From Candidatus Poribacteria bacterium (lineage in GTDB: Bacteria > Poribacteria > WGA-4E > WGA-3G): DNA of 64,000 nt. Every line of letters begins with the position of its first letter. Position 1 is the first letter of the stretch. The stretch lies in NCBI GenBank assembly GCA_965205025.1, contig CBDBFU010000004.1, positions 12,898 through 76,897 on the forward strand. Reading direction: 5' to 3'. The position numbers and the translations under genes are program-made. A model generated the notes under the pieces. The model was not told the origin of the DNA and searched no databases. It was given only the letters and a program-made list of their open reading frames with translations. Positions 8,338 through 18,700 of this stretch are shown here, in pieces.

Positions 8338-8503
8338 TATGCGTCAGTTTAGGAGAAAAATGTTATACCTTGCCTGGTAGGTGCGGTTTCCTGACCGCAC
8401 TGAATTTGTGCTAAACTTTTGATTGAAAGCCTTTCGTATAATCCGCTTCGGTTAGGAAACCGAAGCTACCGTTCCTAAGATATGCACTAAATTGACGCCT
8501 ATG
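8338..8503. mobile_element. IS-derived MITE (~165 bp): degenerate left and right ends of the IS4-family element found at 59038-60492, no transposase, flanked by 22-bp direct repeats
   Basis: Left end TATGCGTCAGTTTAGGAGAAAAATG resembles IS left end TATAGGCGTCAATTTTAGAAAAAGGATG. Right end AAATTGACGCCTATG matches the IS right end. Flanking direct repeats TGTGGAAATGTGAA(T/C)TAACCCA at 8316-8337 and 8502-8523 (21/22). Interior carries two REP hairpins (8380-8402, 8446-8480). Confidence 0.5.
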
Positions 8504-8550
8504 TGGAAATGTGAACTAACCCAAGAATCAGTATAGAATTTGGAGTCTTT

Positions 8551-9654
8551 GTGAAAATCCGTTCCATAAAAGCCTATCAAGTTGACCTACCACTCCACGA
8601 AGGCAGCTATAAATGGTCAGGAGGTAAATCGGTCTCTGTTTTTGACAGTACAATTGTGTCCGTTGAAACAGATGAAGGTATTACAGGATACGGTGAAGTC
8701 TGTCCACTGGGACCATTCTATCTACCAGCCTACGCTAAAGGCACCAGAACCGGCATTGCCGAACTGGCTCCATATTTAATTGGAGAAGATCCAACCCAAC
8801 TCCTACCGTTAAATCAACGTATGGATGCTGCTCTTAAAGGACATCCTTATGTCAAAACCGGAATCGACATAGCATGTTGGGATATTCTTGGAAAAGTGTC
8901 AAATCAATCGGTGTGTACACTACTGGGAGGGAGGTATGGAGAAGACTTCATGCTCTACCGCGCAATCTCCCAACAATCTCCAGATGAGATGGCGGAGAAA
9001 GTCGCAACCTATCGTGCCGAAGGATACCGAAAATTCCAGTTGAAGGTCGGTGGAGATCCAAACACTGATATTGAACGCATTCATGCTGTCTCTGAATTGA
9101 TGGAACCGAGTGATGTGCTCATCGCTGATGCCAATACCGGTTGGCACATGCATCAGGCAGCTCGCGTGGTACGTGGTGTAAGTGATGTGGATGTTTACAT
9201 CGAACAACCATGCCTATCTTATGAAGAATGTCTCTCCATTCGGGAACGGACAGACCATCCTTTTGTCCTTGATGAGACTGTTGACAGCATCAATATGTTG
9301 CTACGCGGACATGCCGATAGGGCAATGGATGTTGTAAACATTAAGATCAGCAAATTTGGTGGTCTGACGAAAGCTAAGCTCGCAAGAGATCTATGTGTTG
9401 AACTGGGAATTGCAATGACGATAGAGGATAGTTGGGGTGGTGATATTACTACTGCAGCAATAGCGCACCTTGCACACAGCACACCAACGGAATTCCTATT
9501 CACTGCAACCGATTTCAATAGTTATGTCACTGTCAGCACAGCAGAAGGAGCACCACAACGGGTTAATGGTAGGATGGCAGCCTCTACACAACCGGGGTTG
9601 GGTATCATCCCAAAAATGGATGTGTTAGGCAAAGCGGTTGTTCATATAGAATAA
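8551..9654 (+). CDS. enolase-superfamily enzyme (mandelate racemase/muconate lactonizing enzyme family); hydroxyproline dehydratase/epimerase-type candidate
   Basis: GTG start. Capping domain then TIM barrel with metal ligands in IADANTGW / YIEQP / VLDETV. The KFQLKVGG strand matches the MR/MLE pattern. Confidence 0.8.
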   Translation: MKIRSIKAYQVDLPLHEGSYKWSGGKSVSVFDSTIVSVETDEGITGYGEVCPLGPFYLPAYAKGTRTGIAELAPYLIGEDPTQLLPLNQRMDAALKGHPYVKTGIDIACWDILGKVSNQSVCTLLGGRYGEDFMLYRAISQQSPDEMAEKVATYRAEGYRKFQLKVGGDPNTDIERIHAVSELMEPSDVLIADANTGWHMHQAARVVRGVSDVDVYIEQPCLSYEECLSIRERTDHPFVLDETVDSINMLLRGHADRAMDVVNIKISKFGGLTKAKLARDLCVELGIAMTIEDSWGGDITTAAIAHLAHSTPTEFLFTATDFNSYVTVSTAEGAPQRVNGRMAASTQPGLGIIPKMDVLGKAVVHIE

Positions 9655-9740
9655 TTTCTTATTTTCTCTTACCATCACCTATTAAATGTGGTACACTATT
9701 TACGATGTGAAAGTCAAGTGAAATAAGTATATCTAAGGAG

Positions 9741-10611
9741 ATGCCGAAAATGACTTACATTTGGAGAAAAGAATATAAAGACCACAGCAGAAGCCTTGAT
9801 AAATTCTACACGAAACAGGAAGTCGTCAAAAGGTGTTTAGATGAAATAACTAAATTACCTTACATATATGATTGTGTGATAGAACCGTCTGCGGGGGATG
9901 GTGCGTTCTATAAGAATATCGAACATGACACTAAGATAGGTATTGATATTGAACCGCAACATGATGACATTATCAAAGGTGACTGGTTCAATTACAAAAT
10001 TAGCAACCAATACGAGCGCGTATTGGTTATTGGGAATCCGCCATTTGGTCAATATCAGAAACTCTCTTCAAAATTTATATCCCACGCTATCTCATTTCGT
10101 AATGTCCAAACAATTGCTTTTATTTTACCAGATGTTTATAGAAAACATACCCGGCAAAAAATATTGCCCAATAATTGGAGAATAGTCTCTATCACTGAAT
10201 TAGGAAGGGACTGTTTTACATTAAAAGGAAAAGCATATCATGTACCTGCAAGTTTTTTTATTTTTGATAAATCAGAGGGAAAAGATCTAAGAGTTAATCC
10301 TAATGCCTACACAGAAACGAATGATTTTAAATTCTCCAATAAAGACGACTTTGACATATTTGTATTTGGTGCTTCTCCAAAAAAGATTACAAAAACGCCG
10401 ACAACAAATAATAGAGGCTACTTCCTTAAGTCAAAAAATTCCAGTCGAAGATTTGATATCTAAGATCAAAGCAGTTGATTGGAATGGAAATTCTTGTGCA
10501 AACGGCGGTGTATATTGGTTAACAAAATTTGAATTTTTGGAACAATATATAAAATGCCATGAACCAGATAGAACTGAAGAAAGCCAATGGAGTTTGTTTG
10601 ATCTCCTTTAA
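9741..10611 (+). pseudogene. TaqI-like (gamma-class) N6-adenine DNA methyltransferase, disrupted by a +1 frameshift in an A6 run (10434-10439)
   Basis: Motif X-like DKFYTKQEVVKRCLD, motif I IEPSAGDGAF, motif IV VIGNPPFG (NPPF). Frame 1 stops at 10463. The +1 frame continues from the A6 tract as KIPVEDLISKIKAVDWNGNSCANGGVYWLTKFEFLEQYIKCHEP... to 10611. Lower GC than the flanks. Confidence 0.55.
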
Positions 10612-10659
10612 CTCAAATGTGTCAAGAAAAGACTACCTACATCTTTACCATAAAATGCC

Positions 10660-11238
10660 ATGAACCAGATAGAACTAAATAAAACACTAAGTTTCATCTT
10701 AGACAACATAGATGAAAGTAGAAAAGTGCTGAATAGCGTAGTAAGTATTCGGAAGAAATTAATTGATTTAACCATTGAAGAACAAGTTATTTCTGAACAA
10801 GACTTCTACAAAATTAGTAGCGTTTTGTCCACACAATCAAGGAGTCCATTGTGGGAAAATTATTTCATAAAAAAGCACCATTGTGAAAGAGTTAATAAAA
10901 GTGAGGATAGAGGGGATTGTAAAAAGAACGGCAGATACTATGAGTATAAAAGTTCTGGTTACAATCAAGAAAATGCTGTTCATATTCTTCAAATTAGACC
11001 GTGGCAGGATTGCGATTACATTATTCAGTCAATCTCCGATGATGGGGCAACTACATTTGTTTTAACCCATGCAGAAATGATGTTAGAAATGAATAGACTT
11101 AAAGCCACTCCCGCACATGGAACTCGAAAAGCATTAGAAGATAACAAAACTATAGAATACATGATGATGCTAAAAAGAAATTCTGCGGGTTGGGATAGGT
11201 GGATTAACAACTATCCCAAAGAGGGTGATATTTTTTAA
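10660..11238 (+). CDS. hypothetical protein (192 aa), candidate partner (restriction/other) of the adjacent methyltransferase
   Basis: ATG within the second copy of a 26-bp direct repeat. No recognisable family; a possible D...D-C-K motif (SEDRGDCKK) is not decisive. AT-rich like the MTase. Confidence 0.45.
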   Translation: MNQIELNKTLSFILDNIDESRKVLNSVVSIRKKLIDLTIEEQVISEQDFYKISSVLSTQSRSPLWENYFIKKHHCERVNKSEDRGDCKKNGRYYEYKSSGYNQENAVHILQIRPWQDCDYIIQSISDDGATTFVLTHAEMMLEMNRLKATPAHGTRKALEDNKTIEYMMMLKRNSAGWDRWINNYPKEGDIF

Positions 11239-11282
11239 TGTTCTACGTCTTTATCGATTGACGAAGGAGACACTGCACAGAC

Positions 11283-12257
11283 ATGATCATTAAGAAAATT
11301 AGAATCCTTACTGCTAAGGATGTCCGAGCAGCCCTCCCTATGTCCAAAGCAATTGACGCAATGCGGCATGCATATGGGCAACTTTCCGCAGGTACAGCAA
11401 TAGCACCACCAAGACAGCATATTACTTCCGATAAAGGTGTCACACTTATCATGCCGGCTTACCTACCCAAACGAAGTGAATTCGGCATAAAAGTTGTATC
11501 CGTCTATGACGAAAACCCAGATATAAACCTACCACGTATCACTGCCACCGTATTAGTACTTGATCCCTATACAGGAGCACCAAAAGCATTTATGGATGGC
11601 ACAAGTCTTACAGCTATTCGAACAGGTGCAGGTGGTGGGTTAGCTGCAGATTTACTTGCACGGAAGAATTCAAAAACGGTTGGACTCTTTGGGGCGGGTG
11701 TTCAAGCAAGAGCACAGTTACAAGCGGTCATGGCAGTCAGAAAAATAGAATGTGTAAATCTCATCAGTCGCACCCAAATATCTGCAGAGAATATTGCTAC
11801 TGAAATCTCTAATTGGACAGATGCCCCAAAAGTGAATCTTGCTACCTCTCCACAAGAAGTAGTAGAAAACGCAGATATTGTTATCTGCGCAACGACATCC
11901 GCAACCCCGCTTTTTGATGGGAACGACATAAAAACTGGTACACATATCACAGCCGTAGGAACATTTGCACCAGAAAAACGTGAAGTGGACACAGAAACCG
12001 TTACACGTGCAAATCGAATCGTCGTGGATTCACGAGAAGCATGTCTTGAGGAAGCAGGAGATCTGATAATTCCAAACGCTCAGATTGACACAGAAATAGG
12101 TGAAATCGTTAACGGAGACAAACAAGGACGGCAGTCAGAAGATGAAATCACTTTCTTTAAATCGGTTGGGGTGGCAGTACAAGATGCAGTCGCAGCATCA
12201 GCTGTCCTGAAAGAAGCAGAAACTGAAGGATTGGGAACTGTTATTGAAATGACATAG
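11283..12257 (+). CDS. ornithine cyclodeaminase/mu-crystallin family protein (candidate Delta1-pyrroline-2-carboxylate reductase or OCD)
   Basis: Family pattern: ...LTAIRTGAGGGLAADLLARKNSKTVGLFGAGVQARAQLQAV... (Rossmann GxGxxA). 324 aa. Confidence 0.85.
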   Translation: MIIKKIRILTAKDVRAALPMSKAIDAMRHAYGQLSAGTAIAPPRQHITSDKGVTLIMPAYLPKRSEFGIKVVSVYDENPDINLPRITATVLVLDPYTGAPKAFMDGTSLTAIRTGAGGGLAADLLARKNSKTVGLFGAGVQARAQLQAVMAVRKIECVNLISRTQISAENIATEISNWTDAPKVNLATSPQEVVENADIVICATTSATPLFDGNDIKTGTHITAVGTFAPEKREVDTETVTRANRIVVDSREACLEEAGDLIIPNAQIDTEIGEIVNGDKQGRQSEDEITFFKSVGVAVQDAVAASAVLKEAETEGLGTVIEMT

Positions 12258-12648
12258 TGTAAACAAAGGTAGAAAATATTCGGCACTGTTTACATTTAGA
12301 TAGAATTGGCATAATACGATACATTTACTGTTGTATCAACATGGAAACTAAAGAAGCAGATGTATCTCAACATTTACTTCATTCAATCAGTGATAACGCT
12401 TGGAAAGTCTATTGCCTTTCCTTGATTCGTATCCAAACATTTATGGCAATAGGGTTTATACCTGTTAATACCGGTGTGTTGAGTGTAAAAAAAACCTACA
12501 GTGGTTCAAAATCCAAAGAAGTTGATACAATCTAATCTAAACTTAGTGACATCATATACCAACCAGACCTTTCATTACGTATTGACATTGACATCCGCAT
12601 ATAAACAGGCTATAATTGTTCACACATTACCAAAGATAACACCATATA

Positions 12649-14952
12649 ATGCGTTTCTCCTATTTTTGGCCTTTGTGGGCTATTATCCTTGCAATCGTAA
12701 TTGCAGTTGGCATTACGATATTCTTTTATTTTAGGCTAAAACACCCATTAAGCAAAATACTAAGAACAACTCTTATAACACTCCGTTTTGTTGCTATCAC
12801 TATCCTACTTTGTTGTTTATTAGCACCGGTTATTATAGAAAAGAAGGATGTTACCCCACCAACACATTTTTCTATTTTAGTTGACACATCCAGTAGTATG
12901 CAGTTAGAAGATAATTACAAGGGGGTTTCTGATATTTCAAGGATGGATCAGGTCAATCAACTACTTTTTAGTGAATCAAATCAATTCCTTCAAAGATTAC
13001 AGAAACAATATAGTATACATCTTCATGGGTTCGATGCTTCGCTCAACCAGAGTCATATAGTAGGAGAAGATTTTGTTGCAGATGGCAAACTTACTGATCT
13101 CTCTAAGGCAATTGCAGAAGCAGATAAAGCCACAAAAGGTCATCCAAATGCTGGAATCCTTCTGATTACAGATGGTTCACACAATACATCTAAGTTTCCA
13201 TTAGAGATAATTGTAGATTTAAGTGTGCCGATTTATGCTATAGGAGTTGGTTCATTAATACCTCCAAAAGACATACAAATTCAGAACATTGAAACACCAC
13301 CCATAGCACATACTGGGCACGAAACTGTCGTGCGGATAACTGTTATTCAATCAGGATATACAACGAAATCCACACGCTTGTCTCTACGAGAAACTAATAC
13401 TAATAAACTAATTGATGCTGAGATACTCACATTTGAAGAGGGATCGTCAAATGAAAACATTACACTAAAAGGACAAGGTGTTATTCAAGGAACAAGACAT
13501 ATTGTCGACATGAAAATTACACCTGATACTGAAGGTACATTTCAATATAAATTAGTTATCCCTGCTTATGAAGATGAGCTAACACCCGAAAATAATGAAA
13601 AGACCTTTTCACTAAAAGTTATAAAAGCAAAACTTAACGTCTTTTATTTAGAAGGACGACCAAGATGGGAATATACATTCCTAAAACGGATATTAGAAAG
13701 AGATCCAGATCTAAACCCAACATTTGCAGTACTGTCAAAAAACATTAGACAGAATACTATACTTTTAAAAGAAGAAGGATATTATCCACAACAAAATGAG
13801 AATATTACCCAATTGCCGGATACTCTGCAAGGATTATCAAAATATGATATAATCATCTTAGGGGACCTAACAGACCAACATCTTACACCTACTCAACAAC
13901 AATCCATAATTGAGTTTATTGAAGTTCGTGGAAAGGCAGTTGTTTTTCTTCCTTCACACAATGCACTTGGCAAAAGTGGGTATAAAAATAGTAAAATTAA
14001 TCAGATTCTACCTATCCAAATTCCATCAAATGGTTGTATGGAACGGGATGTTGACTATACATTGAATCTGACGCAATTCGGCACTTATCATCCAATGATG
14101 CAACTTTCAGAAACTTTAGAAGGCAATTATAATATATGGAATAATCTACCACCATTATCTAAAGTATTCCAAGGTTTTCAGCTGAAAGCAGGTGCAACAC
14201 CACTCATCGAAATACAAGATGTTGGACCTATCCTGATTTTTCAACGCGTTGGATTGGGAAAGAGTCTACTTTTTACAGCTGAAGGTTTATGGAACTGGCA
14301 CTTTGGAGTCAATGCATATAAAAACGAAGCCTTACAGAATACATATCCACGTTTGTGGGCACAAATACTAAGATGGATGGCACAACAATCAGATGATAAT
14401 ACAATCTATATTTCATCTGATGCTCCAACTTATAATCAAGGGAATACCGCAAAAATTAAAGTTAATGCATATTCACCTACATTTCAACCACAAGAAAACG
14501 CAGACATCCAAGTATCTGTAACCGCTCCTAACGGATCACAGTTTCCTCTTCAGATACAACCTGAGATTGATAATGCCATTTCACAAGGGAATAGTTATAT
14601 TACAGAATTAACAGTTGATGAAATAGGAACATACCATCTATCAGCAAAGGGATCACTTGGGAACATACCACTTGGAGAAGATAAAATAGAGATCACTGTT
14701 CAACCTCAGTTAATAGAATTAGAATCCCCACAACTGAATGAAACTCTATTAAAACAATTGGCTCAACAAACAAATGGTGCCTATCTCACAATAGATGATG
14801 CGAACAAATTACCTGACAGCATTAATAGTGAACAAAAACCTGTTTTTGTCGATGAAGAACGCGATTTATGGGCACATCCCCTCGTATTAATTTCAGTTGT
14901 AGGATTGTTAAGCACTGAGTGGTTTTTACGAAAAAGGATAGGTTTGACCTAA
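12649..14952 (+). CDS. BatA-like membrane protein: N-terminal double-transmembrane domain + von Willebrand factor A domain + large C-terminal extension
   Basis: Two N-terminal TM helices (WPLWAIILAIVIAVGITIFFYF; LITLRFVAITILLCCLLAPVII), then MIDAS motif ILVDTSSSMQ. 767 aa. Confidence 0.75.
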   Translation: MRFSYFWPLWAIILAIVIAVGITIFFYFRLKHPLSKILRTTLITLRFVAITILLCCLLAPVIIEKKDVTPPTHFSILVDTSSSMQLEDNYKGVSDISRMDQVNQLLFSESNQFLQRLQKQYSIHLHGFDASLNQSHIVGEDFVADGKLTDLSKAIAEADKATKGHPNAGILLITDGSHNTSKFPLEIIVDLSVPIYAIGVGSLIPPKDIQIQNIETPPIAHTGHETVVRITVIQSGYTTKSTRLSLRETNTNKLIDAEILTFEEGSSNENITLKGQGVIQGTRHIVDMKITPDTEGTFQYKLVIPAYEDELTPENNEKTFSLKVIKAKLNVFYLEGRPRWEYTFLKRILERDPDLNPTFAVLSKNIRQNTILLKEEGYYPQQNENITQLPDTLQGLSKYDIIILGDLTDQHLTPTQQQSIIEFIEVRGKAVVFLPSHNALGKSGYKNSKINQILPIQIPSNGCMERDVDYTLNLTQFGTYHPMMQLSETLEGNYNIWNNLPPLSKVFQGFQLKAGATPLIEIQDVGPILIFQRVGLGKSLLFTAEGLWNWHFGVNAYKNEALQNTYPRLWAQILRWMAQQSDDNTIYISSDAPTYNQGNTAKIKVNAYSPTFQPQENADIQVSVTAPNGSQFPLQIQPEIDNAISQGNSYITELTVDEIGTYHLSAKGSLGNIPLGEDKIEITVQPQLIELESPQLNETLLKQLAQQTNGAYLTIDDANKLPDSINSEQKPVFVDEERDLWAHPLVLISVVGLLSTEWFLRKRIGLT

Positions 14953-15057
14953 TAACTGAAATCATACTGAGTAGGGTGGATTCGACTTACCTATTGAATC
15001 ACAAGATAGAATGATTATATACTGAAAAGCAGATATTGATTTTAGAATACTTCCATT

Positions 15058-15747
15058 ATGAAAAAAACTGTAGTTAATCACATTTATAGAGCATATTTAT
15101 TAATTGTCTGCAGCATACTTTTTTTGAGTATAATTACTATTCCTGATGCTGGTGAAAAATTCACAATAGCACAAATACAATATGGTGGGGGTGGGGATTG
15201 GTATGGTGATCCTTCATCTATAAAAAACTGGCTCCGTATATTACATGAACGTACAGATATCGATACAGGAGATGATAGAGTAATCCTCAAATTAACGGAC
15301 CCAATTCTATTCCAATATCCTATGTTATACATTGTTGGACATGGGAATATACGACTTACTGAAAATGAGGTGGTGAACCTAAAAAGATATCTTGAAAATG
15401 GAGGATTTCTATTCGTAAATGATGATTATGGATTAGACGAAAGTTTCCGAAGAGAAATTAGTAGGGTGTTTCCATCACAGAAACTACAACCTATTCCGAA
15501 TACACATCAGATTTATCACTGTTATTATGATTTACCCGGACTTCCTAAGATTCATGAACATGACTCAGAACCAGCACAAGGATATGGATTATTCCATGAT
15601 GGACGGATGGTTGTATATTATGTATATAGTGCTGATATAGGTGATGGATTAGAAGATCCAAGAGTACATCCAGAAGATACACCAGAGGTTAGAGAACTTG
15701 CTGCGAAGATGGCAGTCAATATTGCCGTGTATGTGCTAACTCATTAA
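15058..15747 (+). CDS. DUF4159-like protein with N-terminal TM anchor
   Basis: 229 aa. TM LLIVCSILFLSIITI, then GGGGDWYGDP...YIVGHGNIRLTENEVVNLKRYLENGGFLFVNDDYG. Position directly after the VWA double-TM gene matches Bat/MoxR-associated operons. Confidence 0.55.
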   Translation: MKKTVVNHIYRAYLLIVCSILFLSIITIPDAGEKFTIAQIQYGGGGDWYGDPSSIKNWLRILHERTDIDTGDDRVILKLTDPILFQYPMLYIVGHGNIRLTENEVVNLKRYLENGGFLFVNDDYGLDESFRREISRVFPSQKLQPIPNTHQIYHCYYDLPGLPKIHEHDSEPAQGYGLFHDGRMVVYYVYSADIGDGLEDPRVHPEDTPEVRELAAKMAVNIAVYVLTH

Positions 15748-15758
15748 AAAGGATTCAA

Positions 15759-18700
15759 ATGTCAAACCAAGATTTTAACAGGAATTATCAATCCATCTTA
15801 TCAAAATTAAATTCTGTTCGTAGAAATTGGAGATGCCTTATATTCTGTGAACGTTTATTGTTCTTATTAAGTGCTTTAGCACTATTATTGACATTTGTCT
15901 TAATCTGTTTCCAATTACCCCTTCCTTATATCATACGCATAAGTATTGTCTCACTATCCACGATTCTCGTAATTTACCTTGTCATCAGGATACTCATTCG
16001 ACCCTTGTTTCGTAAATTAACCTATGTAAATGTGTCCGCGTATCTTGAAAAAACGTATACAAATATCGAAAATCGAATTCTAAGTGCTGTCCAATTGAAA
16101 CCTGTCTTAGAAGACAATAGATTTGGATATGCCCGGGATTTTGTTGAGCAACTTATTACCCAAACATATAATGATATTGAGAATATCAAATCAAGTAAAA
16201 TTTTTAGCAATGAATTCTATAAGATTAAACGGAATGCAGCTTTTATGGGAATATCTTTAGGAATCTTCTTATTATCTTATTTTTTCTTACCATCATCATT
16301 GAAAGGTATTACACGAACATTTGAATCAATTCCTAAAACTACCCAAAACGGTTTTACAATCCAAATTGATGATGTTCAACCCGGTGATATACAAATCAGA
16401 CAAGGTGATGATGTAAGAATAACTGCTTCAGTCAGTGGACATCTGGATGCACCGCTCAATATTTTTTATCAAGTAGCTCATACAAATAGCAATGCTGATG
16501 TAGAAAATATAGAAGCACCATCAATTGATATTAAAGATTGGGAATCTCTTTCAATGGCACGTGAGTCAATAGATTCGCCTTATTCAGCCACTTTACAAAG
16601 TGTAAATAGATCACTCCAATACTATATTTCAACAAAAGATGTGAATTCACCACATTATGAAATTACTGTTGGACATGATCCTCTTGTGAAATCATTTCAA
16701 ATTCAAATCAATTATCCAGAATATACACAGTCACCTTCAAAAGTCCTTGATCAGAATATCGGTGATATACGTACATTATACGGTTCAGAAATTATTTTCT
16801 CAGGTAGTAGCAATAAATCATTGTCTGATGCAAACTTAGTTTTTGAAGATCTTGAACCTGTTAAGTTAGAAATACAGGAAAACACTACCATAAATGGTAG
16901 TTTTATAGCAAAACAAGCAGATAGATATCACATACAATTACTGGATACGACTAATCTTACAAATATTGAACCCTTGATTTATACCCTGGACATATATAAA
17001 GATACACCACCCCAAGTTGCCATCATTGTCCCTGGTGAAGATAGAGTATTAGATGATGATATGTTGGTGGAATTAAAGGTCGAAACAACGGATGATTATG
17101 GCATTCAAGCAGTGGAATTGGTATATGCAATACAAAAAGAGAATGCTACTAACCAAACTATCTCCCTTAAACGAATACCTTCGGATACTTCACCACCACA
17201 TTCATCAATGTTCTTAACATATACTTGGGATATTGATCCAATAGGTCTATTCCCAGGTGAATCTATCTCATACTATGTTCAAGCAATTGATACTGATAAT
17301 GTCTCAGGTCCAAATATAGGTAAATCGCGAACCTATATTCTTAGATTTCCCACCCTTGATGAATTATACGAGGAACTTTCTGCAGATCAGGAAACAGAAC
17401 AAACCGATATAGACGAACTATTTGAGGAACAAACTGAAGCTACGGGAGCGGTTGATCGTATTTTGGATAAAATACGTAAATTCAGAGAGTTTTCAATCAC
17501 CGACAAAAAACAGATGCAACAAGTGATTGAAACACAGAAGGATATTGAACAGAAAGCAAATGAACTCCTAAGTAAAATGCAACAGACCACTTCTGAAATG
17601 GAAAAAAATCAGCTATTTGATCCTGAAACTATACAGAAATATCAAGAACTTCAAGAATTGATGAAAGAGGCACTCTCTGAAGAACATCAAGAACTCCTAA
17701 AGAAATTGTCTGAAGCATTGGCACAACAAGAATTGTCTGAACAAGAAATGGCTGCAACTGAAGCCAATTTCAATCAGGAACAATTTCAACAACAGCTTGA
17801 ACGGTTGAAATCATTATATCAGCAGCTTATTTTACAACAGAAACTTGAAGCAGCAGCAAAGCAGGCGCAAGCACTGGCTGAGGAACAAAAACAACTCATT
17901 GATTCTATAGATCAACCTCCTGATGAGATAAATCAAAACACTTCTGGCATACAAACAGCAAAATTAAATGATGCTGCCAACAATGAAGAGCGTATTCAGA
18001 ACGATTCAAATAACCTTAGTGAAAAATTAGACAATCTCGGTAATGAAATGAGTGGACTGTTTGAATCACAGGATAATGCTGCACCGCAGTTAAAAAAGAT
18101 AGCTGACGAAGTTAAGAGACTCAACCAGTATACTCGTGATGAAAAACTACAGGATAATCTTCAACAAACAAGTAAGAATCTTCGTAATGCAGAAAAACAA
18201 GAGGCTGTTGAAACAGGAAGATATGCAGAACAAACTATGACCGAACTGGCTCAAGGTCTTGATAACGCAATGGAATTCTTTGAAGGGGCAAACAGTAATG
18301 AAGCTTTAACTGCAATGAAAGAGGCAGTAAAAAGTGGACTATCCTTATCACACCTTCATGAAAAGGTCATTGATAATTCAAGAGTTCTCCTTACGACAAA
18401 CCCTGGTGATTATATCAATAGTGAGATATTACAACTTCAACAACTCGCGGCTGATGAACTCAGCGCAGCTAAAGGTATTGAGCAAATTGCAGATAAATTG
18501 TGGGAACTTGGAAAACAGCAGATGCAAGTGGATCCTAAGATTGTTTGGCAAATGAACTCTGGAAGTGATGCTCTTCGGCGCGCTGCACGCGCTCTTGAAG
18601 ATAGACAAGTAATGCTGGCAATTCCTATACAACAGTCTGGTCTTGCAGATATAAATCAAGCTGTATTTGATCTACTTACCGCTATATCACAGATGAATCA

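Noticed and set aside
12341-12734. Small ORFs 12341-12535 and 12501-12734
   Set aside because: Located in the promoter region of the BatA-like gene or overlapping its start. No RBS or conservation signal.
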